Assembly (NCBI GenBank): GCA_947650795.1
Contig: CANSWR010000002.1
Coordinates: forward strand, 1 to 63,641
Source of the DNA: an uncultured Bacillota bacterium
Lineage (GTDB): Bacteria; Bacillota_I; Bacilli_A; RF39; UBA660
Length of the DNA stretch: 63,641 nt
Direction of reading: 5' to 3'
The notes below the pieces were generated by a model, which had not been told where the DNA came from, did not search any database, and was given only the letters and a program-made list of their open reading frames with translations. The position numbers and the translations under genes were made by a program. Below, in pieces: positions 1 to 9,390 of the stretch (position 1 is its first letter; every line of letters starts with the position of its first letter).

Positions 1-623
1 ATATAAAAATCTTTATTTCTATCTTCAATAAAGAAAGGCATTATATCATTATATAGGCATTCTCTAAACATTATCATTCTTCCAACACGACCATTTCCAT
101 CTTGAAAAGGATGAATTTTCTCAAATCTAACATGAAATTCTATTATATCCTCAACTCTTTTTTTATCTATTTTATCATACCACTCTAATAAATTTTTCAT
201 ATCACTTGCTACATTACTTGGAAGAGATGTTGTAATATTACCAACAAAGTTTTTTTTCTTTTTATATTCTCCTACATTAAACCATTCTTTTTCACTATCT
301 GTTAAAGTTCCATCTTTTAAAATAAAGTGGAATTTTTTTATCATGTCTTCAGATAATTTATCATCAATAGTATCTAACATATATTTAAATAAAGTAAAAT
401 GATTTTTTGTTTCAGTAGCATCTTTTAAAACAATAACTTTATCCCCACTTGTTAAAATTGTTCCTGTATCATAGATACTTGCAGTTTCGTCAGGTGTTAT
501 TGTAGAACCTTCAATATGATTAGAATTATATGCAAAATCTAGTTGAGTTTTATGATATAAACTACCGGATAAACCAATATTTTTTTGCTCAATTAATACT
601 TTTTTTATTTTATTTATTTCCAT
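1..623 (-). CDS. Fic/DOC family protein (about 207 N-terminal codons; C-terminus runs off the left edge)
   Basis: Own translation from the ATG at 623-621, with an AGGAGG RBS at about 631-637: MEINKIKKVLIEQ... It carries the canonical Fic motif HPFQDGNGRVGR close to the window edge. An N-terminal SNHIEG matches the inhibitory [ST]xxxE[GN] motif. Confidence 0.85.
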   Translation of the reverse strand, partial: MEINKIKKVLIEQKNIGLSGSLYHKTQLDFAYNSNHIEGSTITPDETASIYDTGTILTSGDKVIVLKDATETKNHFTLFKYMLDTIDDKLSEDMIKKFHFILKDGTLTDSEKEWFNVGEYKKKKNFVGNITTSLPSNVASDMKNLLEWYDKIDKKRVEDIIEFHVRFEKIHPFQDGNGRVGRMIMFRECLYNDIMPFFIEDRNKDFY

Positions 624-810
624 TTTTACTACCTCCTTTTAAAATTAATTCTACTTCTTCCATCGTTCTATCAACAATTGCTAGTGATAAGTTCCATATA
701 AATGACATACTAAATAATCCTAAAATTGTTCCAAATTGATAAATAAAATCCTTAATCCATATATCAGCAATTACACAAATACATATAACTAAATAATAAG
801 ATACAACCAT
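610..810 (-). CDS. small hydrophobic (about 2 TM) protein, overlaps the Fic start
   Basis: ORF track, 66 aa. Two hydrophobic stretches. Its end overlaps the Fic start codon, which suggests translational coupling. No recognisable family. Confidence 0.4.
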   Translation of the reverse strand: MVVSYYLVICICVIADIWIKDFIYQFGTILGLFSMSFIWNLSLAIVDRTMEEVELILKGGSKNGNK

Positions 811-858
811 AAAGAATATAAATTCTGATGATTTTCTAGTTAAATTTTATCATCACTT

Positions 859-1053
859 TTATCTATTTTCTGCTTTTCCCTCTTTAGACCACTTTGTGAT
901 AAACATTAAATTACCCAACATGTTTAATACTAAAGATACCCAAAAGAAATTTGTACTATTATTTATATCAAAACAAACTAAAATAAATGAAACAACTAAT
1001 AATACTAAACTAACAACTTGAATCTTGTTTAACCTTCTTAAACTATTTACCAT
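859..1053 (-). CDS. small membrane protein
   Basis: ORF track 859..1074. I prefer the ATG at 1053-1051, which overlaps the XRE stop (AATGGTAAATAG). The protein MVNSLRRLNKIQVVSLVLLVVSFILV... has two hydrophobic segments. Confidence 0.45.
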   Translation of the reverse strand: MVNSLRRLNKIQVVSLVLLVVSFILVCFDINNSTNFFWVSLVLNMLGNLMFITKWSKEGKAENR

Positions 1054-1534
1054 TTCTAAACTCCTCAATAGCATTACTATTTAATAATTTCATAATTTCT
1101 TCGTTTGTTTCATTTTGGTATTCAAGATCCTCTATTGTTTCTAATAATACATTTTTCTTTTCTTCATCTGCATCAAGAGATGCTTTTTTTAATGATTCAA
1201 TAACTACTTTATTATTTATAGTAGAACTTTCTATACTATCCATTGCTTCTTTTAGTTCTTTTCCTCTTAATTTAGAGTAGTGTTCAAGTAAATATGGATT
1301 AAGTGGACTAACCTGTGCTCCTAAACCAGAAGCATACATTAAATCATTATAATTAACACCAATATACTTACTTATCTTTCTAAGTAGTTTAGGATTAGGT
1401 ACTTCACGTTCTCCTGATTCTATTCTTGATATATCAGAAGAACTTATATTTGCAAGTGCTGCCAGTTGACGCATTGACAAATTATTTTCTTCTCTACCTT
1501 GTTGAATTAATTCTCCAACTTTAGTTTTAGCCAT
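1043..1534 (-). CDS. XRE-family helix-turn-helix transcriptional regulator with a C-terminal helical domain
   Basis: The N-terminus is a typical Cro/C1 HTH: GELIQQGREENNLSMRQLAALANISSSDISRIESGEREVP. It has its own promoter and RBS. Confidence 0.85.
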   Translation of the reverse strand: MAKTKVGELIQQGREENNLSMRQLAALANISSSDISRIESGEREVPNPKLLRKISKYIGVNYNDLMYASGLGAQVSPLNPYLLEHYSKLRGKELKEAMDSIESSTINNKVVIESLKKASLDADEEKKNVLLETIEDLEYQNETNEEIMKLLNSNAIEEFRNGK

Positions 1535-1557
1535 GCTTTCAAGTCCTTTCTGAATTG

Positions 1558-1657
1558 ATTATAACATATACATTGCTTTTTTGCAACATTTTTAATTTAT
1601 TTTTGCAAAAAAGGTTGATATCTGAATTTATGATGCTATAACTATGTTAAATTGCAA
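1558..1657 (-). promoter_or_regulatory. sigmaA-type promoter of the XRE operon plus three TTGCAA palindromes (candidate operators)
   Basis: On the minus strand: TTGCAA (1586-1581), a 17-nt spacer, then TATAAT (1563-1558), about 24 nt before the ATG. Further TTGCAA palindromes lie at 1603-1608 (within TTTTGCAAAA) and at 1652-1657. Confidence 0.55.
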
Positions 1658-1721
1658 CAGAAAAAACAATTTGAAGCAAAAATGAAATAAGGTAAACAAA
1701 TGAAAACTTAAAAAGTTTAAA

Positions 1722-1752
1722 TAAAATTCCACTAGCGTAACTAGTGGTTTTA
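1722..1752 (-). terminator. rho-independent terminator after the RT gene (hairpin usable on both strands)
   Basis: CCACTAG (1729-1735) / CTAGTGG (1741-1747), a 7-bp stem with a 5-nt loop, flanked by T/A runs on both sides. Confidence 0.6.
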
Positions 1753-1852
1753 CATTTTCGCCTATAAGGCTATATTACTGGCATACACTAAAGTACCCTG
1801 TCGACTGCCAAAAGCATTCTTTACTTGCTACTCTTTAAATGGGTCAAAATCT

Positions 1853-2896
1853 TCAAATGTCATTTGTTGACTTAATTGATCTTCTTTTAGTTGATTTGCT
1901 ATATATTCTTTTATTTTCTTCGTATTCTTTCCTACTGTGTCTACATAGTATCCTGTTCTTTAATTCTCTAACACACTTTAAATAATTCCTAAACTCTAAA
2001 GAATTATTTATATTATTTACAAACATAATTTTTCCATATAAACTATTTATATAATCTTCTTTTCTTTCCGTATAACCAATTCTGATAAGATGGCCATCAA
2101 TTCCAAACTTCTTAATATAATAAATTTCTTGTCTAATCTTATCTTTATACTTTCTTGAAACTTGAACTTTTTCATTAACAACAAGTCCTGTCACACTTTG
2201 CTTTTTTGACTTACATACTACATTTATCTTACGCTTATTAAGAGAAAAACCTAAAAGATTTAACTGACTATTAACAAATCTTATAACCTCTCCCACATTA
2301 AAACTTCCAGAAAAAGTCATATCATCTGAATATCTAGTATATGCTATACTTCTTTCTTCACAAAATCTTCCAACAGTTTGATCAAAATCTCTCATAATTA
2401 AATTAGAAATATAAGAACTAGTAGGCGCGCCTTGAGGAATATAACCATAGTAAGTACAAAGAGTTGTTAATAAAACTCCTATATTCTTAGGATAATACTC
2501 TATTGAAAAACAATATTTGTACACTTGATTAAAATTTATACTATCAAAAAAATTTTTAATATCTAACTTTAAAATAATCTCTTTATTAACATGTGGCAAA
2601 GCATTTTCTTTCAAACTAATACCACTTACATATGCCTTAGCATACTTACTTACATTTCTCTCACTAAGAACATTCTTAAGTATTTGCCTTTGAATATATT
2701 TAAGAGTTTCACTAGGCTCATAAATAGTCCTATATCCACCACTCCTCTTTCTAACTTTAAAAACTTTATAATTATTTTCTACATTATTACTTATTGAATA
2801 AAGTTCTTTTATATATTCATTATCACTCTTATTATCAATTAAAAAAAGAGATAATAAGAAATCATTACATTGTTTTTTAGTAACATATTTCCACAT
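1853..2896 (-). CDS. retron-type reverse transcriptase
   Basis: ORF track 1853..2914. I prefer the ATG at 2896 (MWKYVTKK), preceded by GGAGGG. Motifs seen: YRTIYEPSETLKYIQRQIL; the retron-typical NAxxH (ENALPH); LDIKNFFDSI; QGAPTSSYISN; YTRYSDDMTFS; and the retron-specific VTG (SVTGLVVNEK). Confidence 0.85.
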   Translation of the reverse strand: MWKYVTKKQCNDFLLSLFLIDNKSDNEYIKELYSISNNVENNYKVFKVRKRSGGYRTIYEPSETLKYIQRQILKNVLSERNVSKYAKAYVSGISLKENALPHVNKEIILKLDIKNFFDSINFNQVYKYCFSIEYYPKNIGVLLTTLCTYYGYIPQGAPTSSYISNLIMRDFDQTVGRFCEERSIAYTRYSDDMTFSGSFNVGEVIRFVNSQLNLLGFSLNKRKINVVCKSKKQSVTGLVVNEKVQVSRKYKDKIRQEIYYIKKFGIDGHLIRIGYTERKEDYINSLYGKIMFVNNINNSLEFRNYLKCVRELKNRILCRHSRKEYEENKRIYSKSTKRRSIKSTNDI

Positions 2897-2907
2897 ATTA
2901 TCCCTCC

Positions 2908-3076
2908 AAAGCAATACACAAAATATTATAATGTGAAAATGTACGGTTGTGCGTATAGCACATTGCTACATGTAGTGTAGAAAAGTACATTGTAAAATTA
3001 TAATTAATATCATATCTAATACTAGTCCTTTAGTGACTCACTAAAGTAGAGTAAAAAACTCATACACTATTGCTCA
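2908..3076 (-). ncRNA. candidate retron msr/msd non-coding RNA (boundaries approximate)
   Basis: This is the 211-nt gap between the 164-aa ORF and the RT. On the minus strand, GAGCAATA (about 3075-3068) can pair with TATTGCTT (about 2916-2909) next to the RT RBS, as a1/a2 repeats do, and a G follows a1. Internal hairpins are CTTTAGTGA/TCACTAAAG (3028-3046) and TGTGC/GCACA (2948-2962). Assignment is by position and dyads only. Confidence 0.35.
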
Positions 3077-3107
3077 CATAAATAATATCATAATTTAATA
3101 CTTTAAT

Positions 3108-3602
3108 CTATAATTTATCACTTATTCCAAATAATTTCTTTTGTTTAGAAATACTTTTATTTAATCTATTTATAGATTTTCTATAATCCCTAGTATATTC
3201 TGAATTTTGAATTAACGTAACAAAATGATCCATTATCTGTGATAACTCTTTATTATTAGTTTCACTAGATAATAAAGCAAGTTCTTCTTTAGAAAAACAA
3301 AACTCTAAATTATCTGTCTGCAAATTATAACTAATTCTCTTACCTAAAATATATAAAGTCTTTTCTAAAGAAACAACAAAATCTTCTTCCCATTTAAAAT
3401 GGTCCGTAAAATATTGCTCCATATCTATAAAAACACTAAATTCCTCTCTCCAATTTTCATTTTCATTTAAAATACTCTCTATAATATCCTTATAATTACT
3501 AGGTAAACTAACCCAAATATTTTCTCTCTGAACTAAATCTATAACCTTAGAATTTCTAGCAAATCCAGTTAAAAAATATAAAGTAAAATTATCTATACTC
3601 AT
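3108..3602 (-). CDS. hypothetical protein immediately upstream of the retron ncRNA/RT
   Basis: ORF track, 164 aa. No motif recognised. Same strand as the RT, and its stop lies about 30 nt before the candidate ncRNA. Confidence 0.6.
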   Translation of the reverse strand: MSIDNFTLYFLTGFARNSKVIDLVQRENIWVSLPSNYKDIIESILNENENWREEFSVFIDMEQYFTDHFKWEEDFVVSLEKTLYILGKRISYNLQTDNLEFCFSKEELALLSSETNNKELSQIMDHFVTLIQNSEYTRDYRKSINRLNKSISKQKKLFGISDKL

Positions 3603-3657
3603 AAAACATCTCTCCTAAAATAATAATAACATTAAAAACAAAAAAAGTATAGAATTT

Positions 3658-4128
3658 CTATGCCTTTTTAGATTTTTTACGATTTTTATTAACATTATTA
3701 TTTTTAACTAATTTAACTTCTTTCTTTTCGCTCTCTTCTAATCTGTTAACAACCTCTTTTGCTGCTTTTAAAGTAGCACTTTTAACTTCTCCTACTGCTT
3801 TTTCAACAACTGGAGTACCTTTCTCTTTAGCATATAAAGCTAATTCTTCTGCCTTTTTTCCAACTTTTTTAGCTTGATTTTTAGCTATCTTTAAAGCTTT
3901 TTCTTTATCTAAATCAGACAGCTCCATTCTAAGCTCTTCAACTTTCTGTAAAATATCTGCTTTAACATCTTCTGGATCAATTTCTTTAATTTTTTCTACT
4001 AATTCATCTAACTTTTTCTTTAAATCCCTTCTAGTTTTAGCTCCATCTTGAGGTGCAAATAAAAGTGCAACTCCTGCTCCAACACCAACGCCTAATATAA
4101 ACTTACCAAATCCACACTTTCTACTCAT
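3658..4128 (-). CDS. YtxH-domain protein
   Basis: GKFILGVGVGAGVALLFAPQDGAKTRRDL is the YtxH signature. Start chosen at MSRKCGFGKF, preceded by AAGGAG. Confidence 0.75.
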   Translation of the reverse strand: MSRKCGFGKFILGVGVGAGVALLFAPQDGAKTRRDLKKKLDELVEKIKEIDPEDVKADILQKVEELRMELSDLDKEKALKIAKNQAKKVGKKAEELALYAKEKGTPVVEKAVGEVKSATLKAAKEVVNRLEESEKKEVKLVKNNNVNKNRKKSKKA

Positions 4129-4420
4129 AAATATTCTCCTTTTCTCTAAATTTCCTATTCTTTCTCTTCTTAGCAAAAACCTTACCAATAAATCCACTTA
4201 TATATCCAGTAATAGTATTCCCTATCATACCAAATCTATTTGTAGTATTCTCTATAAGCTCAAAAACAGCATCTAAACTCTCAGCTTTTCTAGTAATATT
4301 TTCTACTAAATAATCCACTCTTGATAAAGTCCCTATTAATTTTATGCATAAAACTATAAGTGTTATGATAAATATTATTAAACATATATATATTAGTATT
4401 ACCAAAGCATCTACTAGCAT
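4121..4420 (-). CDS. DUF948-like (YtxG-like) membrane protein
   Basis: An N-terminal TM helix followed by a helical domain. It sits directly upstream of the YtxH gene, as in ytxG-ytxH pairs. Confidence 0.6.
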   Translation of the reverse strand: MLVDALVILIYICLIIFIITLIVLCIKLIGTLSRVDYLVENITRKAESLDAVFELIENTTNRFGMIGNTITGYISGFIGKVFAKKRKNRKFREKENIYE

Positions 4421-4423
4421 AAA

Positions 4424-5461
4424 CTATTCTCCTTCCTTTTCTTCATACATAGAATCTATTAAATTAAATAAATCATGCTCCAAAGTCTTTTCAAATCCTT
4501 CTTCTTTAGGTTCTTCCTTTATTTCCTCTTTACTTTCAAATCTAGTTTTAAAATCATCTAACAAAGAACTTTGTTCCTCACTCTTATCTTCTTCTTGTTT
4601 TATACTCTCATGTCCTTCTACTTTAAAATTAAATCCAAACTCTCCAGTATCATCTTCCTCAAGTTTATCCTTATATTGCTCTTCAACTTCACCTATAGAC
4701 ATATTTCTATTTCCTTCAATTTCACTTAACAAATCTTCAATAGATTTTGTATCTTCTAAAGGTGCACTTGTACTTTTTTCTTCTTTAGGTTTCTCACTTA
4801 TCTTAGACAAAGTATTTTCAAGCTCATCTTCAAGTGTTCCATATGCTTTTCTTCTAACAGAATCATAATTCATATCACTAGGATTATGTCTAACAAATTC
4901 ATTTCTTTGTCTTATTTCTTCTTTAGTATAGTTTTTATCTAAAACTCCATATACAGGACTAATAACAGGACTTGGTTTAAAAGTTCTCTCAGAATTTTTA
5001 TTAGATTGAACCCCGTAACTTCTTGAACTACTATTACTATTATTAATCTTATTAGGCATTTTATACTCAGATGTTCTGTCTGTATCTCTTTTTTGAGGTC
5101 TCATATCATAATCTAAAATAGCACTTCTGGTTCTAGGTTTATTTTCCTCACGTCTAATAACTGGTTCTTCATCTTCCTCATCTATTACAGGAAACTTAAA
5201 AGATGGCTGAGTCTTAAAAAGATCTCTTTCAGTATATATAGGTGCGACTGACTTAGGTCTCTCAGGCTCTCTTTTTTCTCTTTGAACTATAGGTTCTTCC
5301 ATTTTAAAAGAAGGCATTTCTTTTCTTATAACTTGTTCTTCTCTCTTAGGAATTCTAACTTCTTCTATTCTAGGTTGCACCTCTTGTCTTTTCTCTTCTA
5401 CTGGGACCTCAACTATTTCTTCATCATAGAAAATATTCTTTATCTTACCAAACAATCCCAT
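4424..5461 (-). CDS. hypothetical E/K-rich low-complexity protein
   Basis: ORF track, 345 aa. Amphipathic N-terminus MGLFGKIKNIF. No domain recognised. Confidence 0.6.
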   Translation of the reverse strand: MGLFGKIKNIFYDEEIVEVPVEEKRQEVQPRIEEVRIPKREEQVIRKEMPSFKMEEPIVQREKREPERPKSVAPIYTERDLFKTQPSFKFPVIDEEDEEPVIRREENKPRTRSAILDYDMRPQKRDTDRTSEYKMPNKINNSNSSSRSYGVQSNKNSERTFKPSPVISPVYGVLDKNYTKEEIRQRNEFVRHNPSDMNYDSVRRKAYGTLEDELENTLSKISEKPKEEKSTSAPLEDTKSIEDLLSEIEGNRNMSIGEVEEQYKDKLEEDDTGEFGFNFKVEGHESIKQEEDKSEEQSSLLDDFKTRFESKEEIKEEPKEEGFEKTLEHDLFNLIDSMYEEKEGE

Positions 5462-5482
5462 AACACACCTCTTTCTTAAATC

Positions 5483-6109
5483 CTATTCTGTATACTGATC
5501 ATATTCAGCTACGTCTAATATATTTCTATCATTTTCAACTTCAGGTTTAGCTATCTCGTAAGTAGACTCACTAGACACCAAATCTCTACTAGCAATCAAT
5601 TTTTCTATAACTTTATCATTATATTTAACAGAAGAAAGTATAATAGCAGAATCTATAACTGCCTTTTTAATATCTTTTTCTTTAACCCCTACCTCTATAT
5701 AACTATAATTATACAACATTTTTATATAAAAGTAACCATTTTTTGCATCCTTTATAGAAATATAACCATCTATATTATTATAACTAAACTTATAACTATA
5801 ATAAAGTTCATTATCCACAACATAATCTACTTTATAATTATTATTCTTAGAATTGTAATAAGCATTTAAGTCAACATTAAAATAAAAATTATATCCATTA
5901 TTTAAAAGAATTAAATTAAACTCTTTTTCCTCTAACACAGAAAAATCCCTAGGCTTATAATATCTATAACCTTTACCATTAGTATTTGCATATTTCATGT
6001 TAGATTCTAAAACACTACCAATTGCCCTCTCCATAGTAAGCATATTAGATGAATAAGTTGTACATCCTGTTAAAAGTATAACTGATAAAATAATAATAAC
6101 TTTCTTCAT
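5483..6109 (-). CDS. lipoprotein
   Basis: Signal peptide with a lipobox: MKKVIIILSVILLTGC. Confidence 0.75.
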   Translation of the reverse strand: MKKVIIILSVILLTGCTTYSSNMLTMERAIGSVLESNMKYANTNGKGYRYYKPRDFSVLEEKEFNLILLNNGYNFYFNVDLNAYYNSKNNNYKVDYVVDNELYYSYKFSYNNIDGYISIKDAKNGYFYIKMLYNYSYIEVGVKEKDIKKAVIDSAIILSSVKYNDKVIEKLIASRDLVSSESTYEIAKPEVENDRNILDVAEYDQYTE

Positions 6110-6198
6110 TTCTCACCTACTCCTACTAAATATTATAGCAAACATTTTTCTAAATTAATAGTGTCTTTTTATAGTAAAATATTTTACGCACATTGACA

Positions 6199-6816
6199 TC
6201 AAAACTTAAACACCTTTACATAATTTATATTCTTTCCTTTACTAATAAACTTGTCTTCATATTCTGTCCTAATACTATCAAAATAATTAATACTTTTCTT
6301 TAAAACATGATATCCTTTATTTTTAAAACTCTCTAAACTGTAAAAGAAAAAATCATCATTATCTGTCTTTTGTTCAATAATTTTAAATCTTTTAAAAATT
6401 TTTTCATATTTATCTAAAAATTGAGGACTAGTAAGTCGTCTTTTAGAATGTCTTTTTTTTGGCCATGGATCACTAAAATTAAGATACATTTTACTTATCT
6501 CTTTATAAAATATCTTATCTATATTTATAGCATCTGCACATACTATTCTCAAATTAGAAATATTTTCTTTTTCTATTAACTCTATAGCACTTAAAAGTAC
6601 ACTAGGATATTTTTCAAAACCTATAAAATTAATATCAGGATTTTCCTGTGCCTTTTTTATTATAAATTGACCCTTTCCCATTCCTACTTCCAAATGTATT
6701 TTATTATTATTTTTAAAGACACTTTTCCATTTTCCCTTATAATTTTCAGGTTCATGAATAACTACATTACTATTATTTACAATAGTTTCACTTCCCTTAA
6801 TATGTTTAAGTCTCAT
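6199..6816 (-). CDS. trmB: tRNA (guanine-N7)-methyltransferase
   Basis: HLEVGMGKGQFI SAM-binding motif and LNFSDPWPKKRHSKRRL, both typical of TrmB. Confidence 0.9.
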   Translation of the reverse strand: MRLKHIKGSETIVNNSNVVIHEPENYKGKWKSVFKNNNKIHLEVGMGKGQFIIKKAQENPDINFIGFEKYPSVLLSAIELIEKENISNLRIVCADAINIDKIFYKEISKMYLNFSDPWPKKRHSKRRLTSPQFLDKYEKIFKRFKIIEQKTDNDDFFFYSLESFKNKGYHVLKKSINYFDSIRTEYEDKFISKGKNINYVKVFKF

Positions 6817-6931
6817 ACTTTTCCACCTCTAACTGTTATATTGTACAATAATTTAATAGTATTTTCTAGTTTTCTTTACACAGATTAGGATATTATCACA
6901 TATAATAAAATGAGTAGGAGGGTTTAAAACT

Positions 6932-7276
6932 ATGAATAGAGATATGATTTATGGAAACTATCAAGCTGGCGGTTTTGCAGAACCAAACTTCATGGGACCT
7001 AATCCAAATATGGGAATGCCTATGCAACAACCACAAGGATATAATATTAATGCTAATTATCAAGCATATGGACCAAATGTAATCCCTGGAGCGATGAACA
7101 ACAATATGAACACACAAAATAGTTATAACACTTATAACGACGATTATGAAAATAGAATAACAAAATTAGAAAGACAAGTAAGAAGAATTGACCAAAGACT
7201 AAGAAAACTTGAAAACTCTAACATTACTACACTAGAAGAAGATATAAACGATTTTACTAATATTCATATGATTTAA
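6932..7276 (+). CDS. hypothetical protein: Q/N/P/M-rich N-terminus, coiled-coil C-terminus
   Basis: AGGAGG RBS about 9 nt upstream of the ATG. 114 aa. Confidence 0.55.
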   Translation: MNRDMIYGNYQAGGFAEPNFMGPNPNMGMPMQQPQGYNINANYQAYGPNVIPGAMNNNMNTQNSYNTYNDDYENRITKLERQVRRIDQRLRKLENSNITTLEEDINDFTNIHMI

Positions 7277-7321
7277 GAATAAAAGATATCAATAACTTAA
7301 CTTTGATATCTTTTATATTTA

Positions 7322-9286
7322 TTAAGATTTTTTACGAAACTTTAAAAATAAATTATTAATTTTATTTCTATTAATGATAACTAAAATAATAAATAAAATT
7401 ATTAACAAAACACAACTAGGAATTATAATATATAAAGATTTAAAACTTTTATTATTTTTAACATCAATTTTATTAATCTCATCGACTTCAATATTTTCTT
7501 CTTTATCATCTAAAATTACAGAAGTATCTATCAAAGCCTCATTTCCTAATTCTAAAATACTGTCTTTAACAACATTACTCTTTGAAGCAGCTTTTTTAGA
7601 AATTATATACTTACTATTATGAGTAATATAGAATTTATAATAACCATCTTCTGACAAACTAATTTGCTTAGCAATAGACTCAAGACCATCTGAAGAATCC
7701 TCAATATGATATACATATAAGCCACTATCCCCTATATAATCTCTTAATGAATAATCAGCTTTAATTTTTATTAGTGATTTACCAGGAAGTAATCCATTAC
7801 TTGCAAATTCTATAACAATCGCATCTGTTCCTTCACTGAACATTCCTTCATATTCTCCATTGTTACATTCAAAAATCTTATATATATTTATTTTAGTATT
7901 AATATCTTTCACATCATTTATAATATTTAACCCATTAAATATCCATTGTATACCATCATTGATAACTATCATATTAACATCTTTTCCTTTAATAGCGCTA
8001 AAAGCGTCTGCTTTTAAAATACTATCACTAGTTGTATCAATAGTTATAGATTTTCCATTCTCTAAAGATTCTATTTTTTCAACATAATCGTTATTTACTG
8101 TACTAGTTGTAATATCACTTACAACTGATTGTACAAGTGTCATAGTTACTTTTTCCATATTAGGATTTCCATCATCATATATACTATAAGTAATAGTTTT
8201 TCCAGATGTATCAGTAATTTCTACTCTATCAATATAAAATATCGAATTTGGAATATATTGACCAAAAGTATAAGTTGCAACAGCTTGTTTTTTAGAATTA
8301 TCATATCTAGTTAATAAAACTAGTGAGTCTATTCCTTCTCCATTCTGATCTTCTCCCTGAAAATATATTTTAACATCTCCTACACCAGTATCATCAGTTA
8401 TAGAACAATAAATTCTAGCAGTTCCAGGAGCAGAAACCTTATTAGAATCATAAAAACATTTATGAAGTACAGGATACTCTGTATCATTAATTTTATTAGA
8501 AAACACAACATCTAAATTTTGTGATAAAATTATCTCATTATAATCTCTAAAAGGATCACGACTTACATCAGTATCATATTTACTTTTATTTCCAGCAGAA
8601 TCATAAACATAAGCAGTCACAAATTTAGCATCAGAATACACTGCATTTTCATTAATACTTACAAAAGCAGAATAAGTATTACCAGAAACATGACTAAGAG
8701 TATAATCATAAAGCTTACCATTTATTTCATAATAAAATGTTACTTGAGTTATAGCAGACTTATCATCAGTAGCATCAACACTAATTGTAAAATTAGAAGG
8801 ATAAGTTGTCACTTGAGGAGTTATTCTAAAATTAGATAATACAGGTGCTACATTATCCTTTCCATTATCATTAACAGTTATATCTACCCTATCAAATGGA
8901 AAATCCTCTTCTCCAAGATAATAAGTCCTCAAATTATTAGCACCATCCCACACTTGCACTGCATATATTTCATATTCTCCAGGTTGAACATTTTCTGGAA
9001 CAATTTTTGTATACGAAAACGAATTAGAGGGTGTTACATTCCCAACAAGACCAAAATATTTAGAATTATCACTTTTAAGCCTAGCTTCCACATCTATAAC
9101 AGCTATACCAGTCAAATTATCATTTCCTTGAACATAAACAGTAACACTTTCTCCAGGATTAAGAACATAATTACTTAAATATACACTAGATAATGTAGGT
9201 GCTTCTTCATCCTCTAATGCACTAAAATGTAAAAAGAACACAAATATTGAAATAACAAACAACGCCAAAAATTTAATATTTTTCAT
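7322..9286 (-). CDS. large secreted protein with N-terminal signal peptide and C-terminal TM anchor
   Basis: Hydrophobic N-terminus MKNIKFLALFVISIFVFFL and C-terminal LYIIIPSCVLLIILFIILVII followed by basic residues. The middle is beta-rich. Confidence 0.7.
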   Translation of the reverse strand: MKNIKFLALFVISIFVFFLHFSALEDEEAPTLSSVYLSNYVLNPGESVTVYVQGNDNLTGIAVIDVEARLKSDNSKYFGLVGNVTPSNSFSYTKIVPENVQPGEYEIYAVQVWDGANNLRTYYLGEEDFPFDRVDITVNDNGKDNVAPVLSNFRITPQVTTYPSNFTISVDATDDKSAITQVTFYYEINGKLYDYTLSHVSGNTYSAFVSINENAVYSDAKFVTAYVYDSAGNKSKYDTDVSRDPFRDYNEIILSQNLDVVFSNKINDTEYPVLHKCFYDSNKVSAPGTARIYCSITDDTGVGDVKIYFQGEDQNGEGIDSLVLLTRYDNSKKQAVATYTFGQYIPNSIFYIDRVEITDTSGKTITYSIYDDGNPNMEKVTMTLVQSVVSDITTSTVNNDYVEKIESLENGKSITIDTTSDSILKADAFSAIKGKDVNMIVINDGIQWIFNGLNIINDVKDINTKINIYKIFECNNGEYEGMFSEGTDAIVIEFASNGLLPGKSLIKIKADYSLRDYIGDSGLYVYHIEDSSDGLESIAKQISLSEDGYYKFYITHNSKYIISKKAASKSNVVKDSILELGNEALIDTSVILDDKEENIEVDEINKIDVKNNKSFKSLYIIIPSCVLLIILFIILVIINRNKINNLFLKFRKKS

Positions 9287-9390
9287 AAAAACACCTTTTT
9301 CTATATTTATATTTTAACATATATACCCATAGTTTGTAAAATTTTATAAGTACAAAAAACTTTACTCAGGAAGAATAAAGTTTTATATTA

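Noticed and set aside
2591-2797. Plus-strand ORF inside the RT gene
   Set aside because: It is antisense to the conserved RT motifs and has no RBS. It is a composition artefact.
4344-4868. Long antisense ORFs inside genes (such as 4344..4868 +, 24776..25138 +, 29992..30270 +, 31000..31293 +, 36356..36610 -, 52793..53092 +, 54766..55290 +)
   Set aside because: Each lies entirely opposite a confidently identified gene (acidic protein, ftsZ, mraY, PBP, lexA, rsgA/prkC, prpC). Each has Ser/Leu/Phe-rich low-complexity translations and lacks an RBS.
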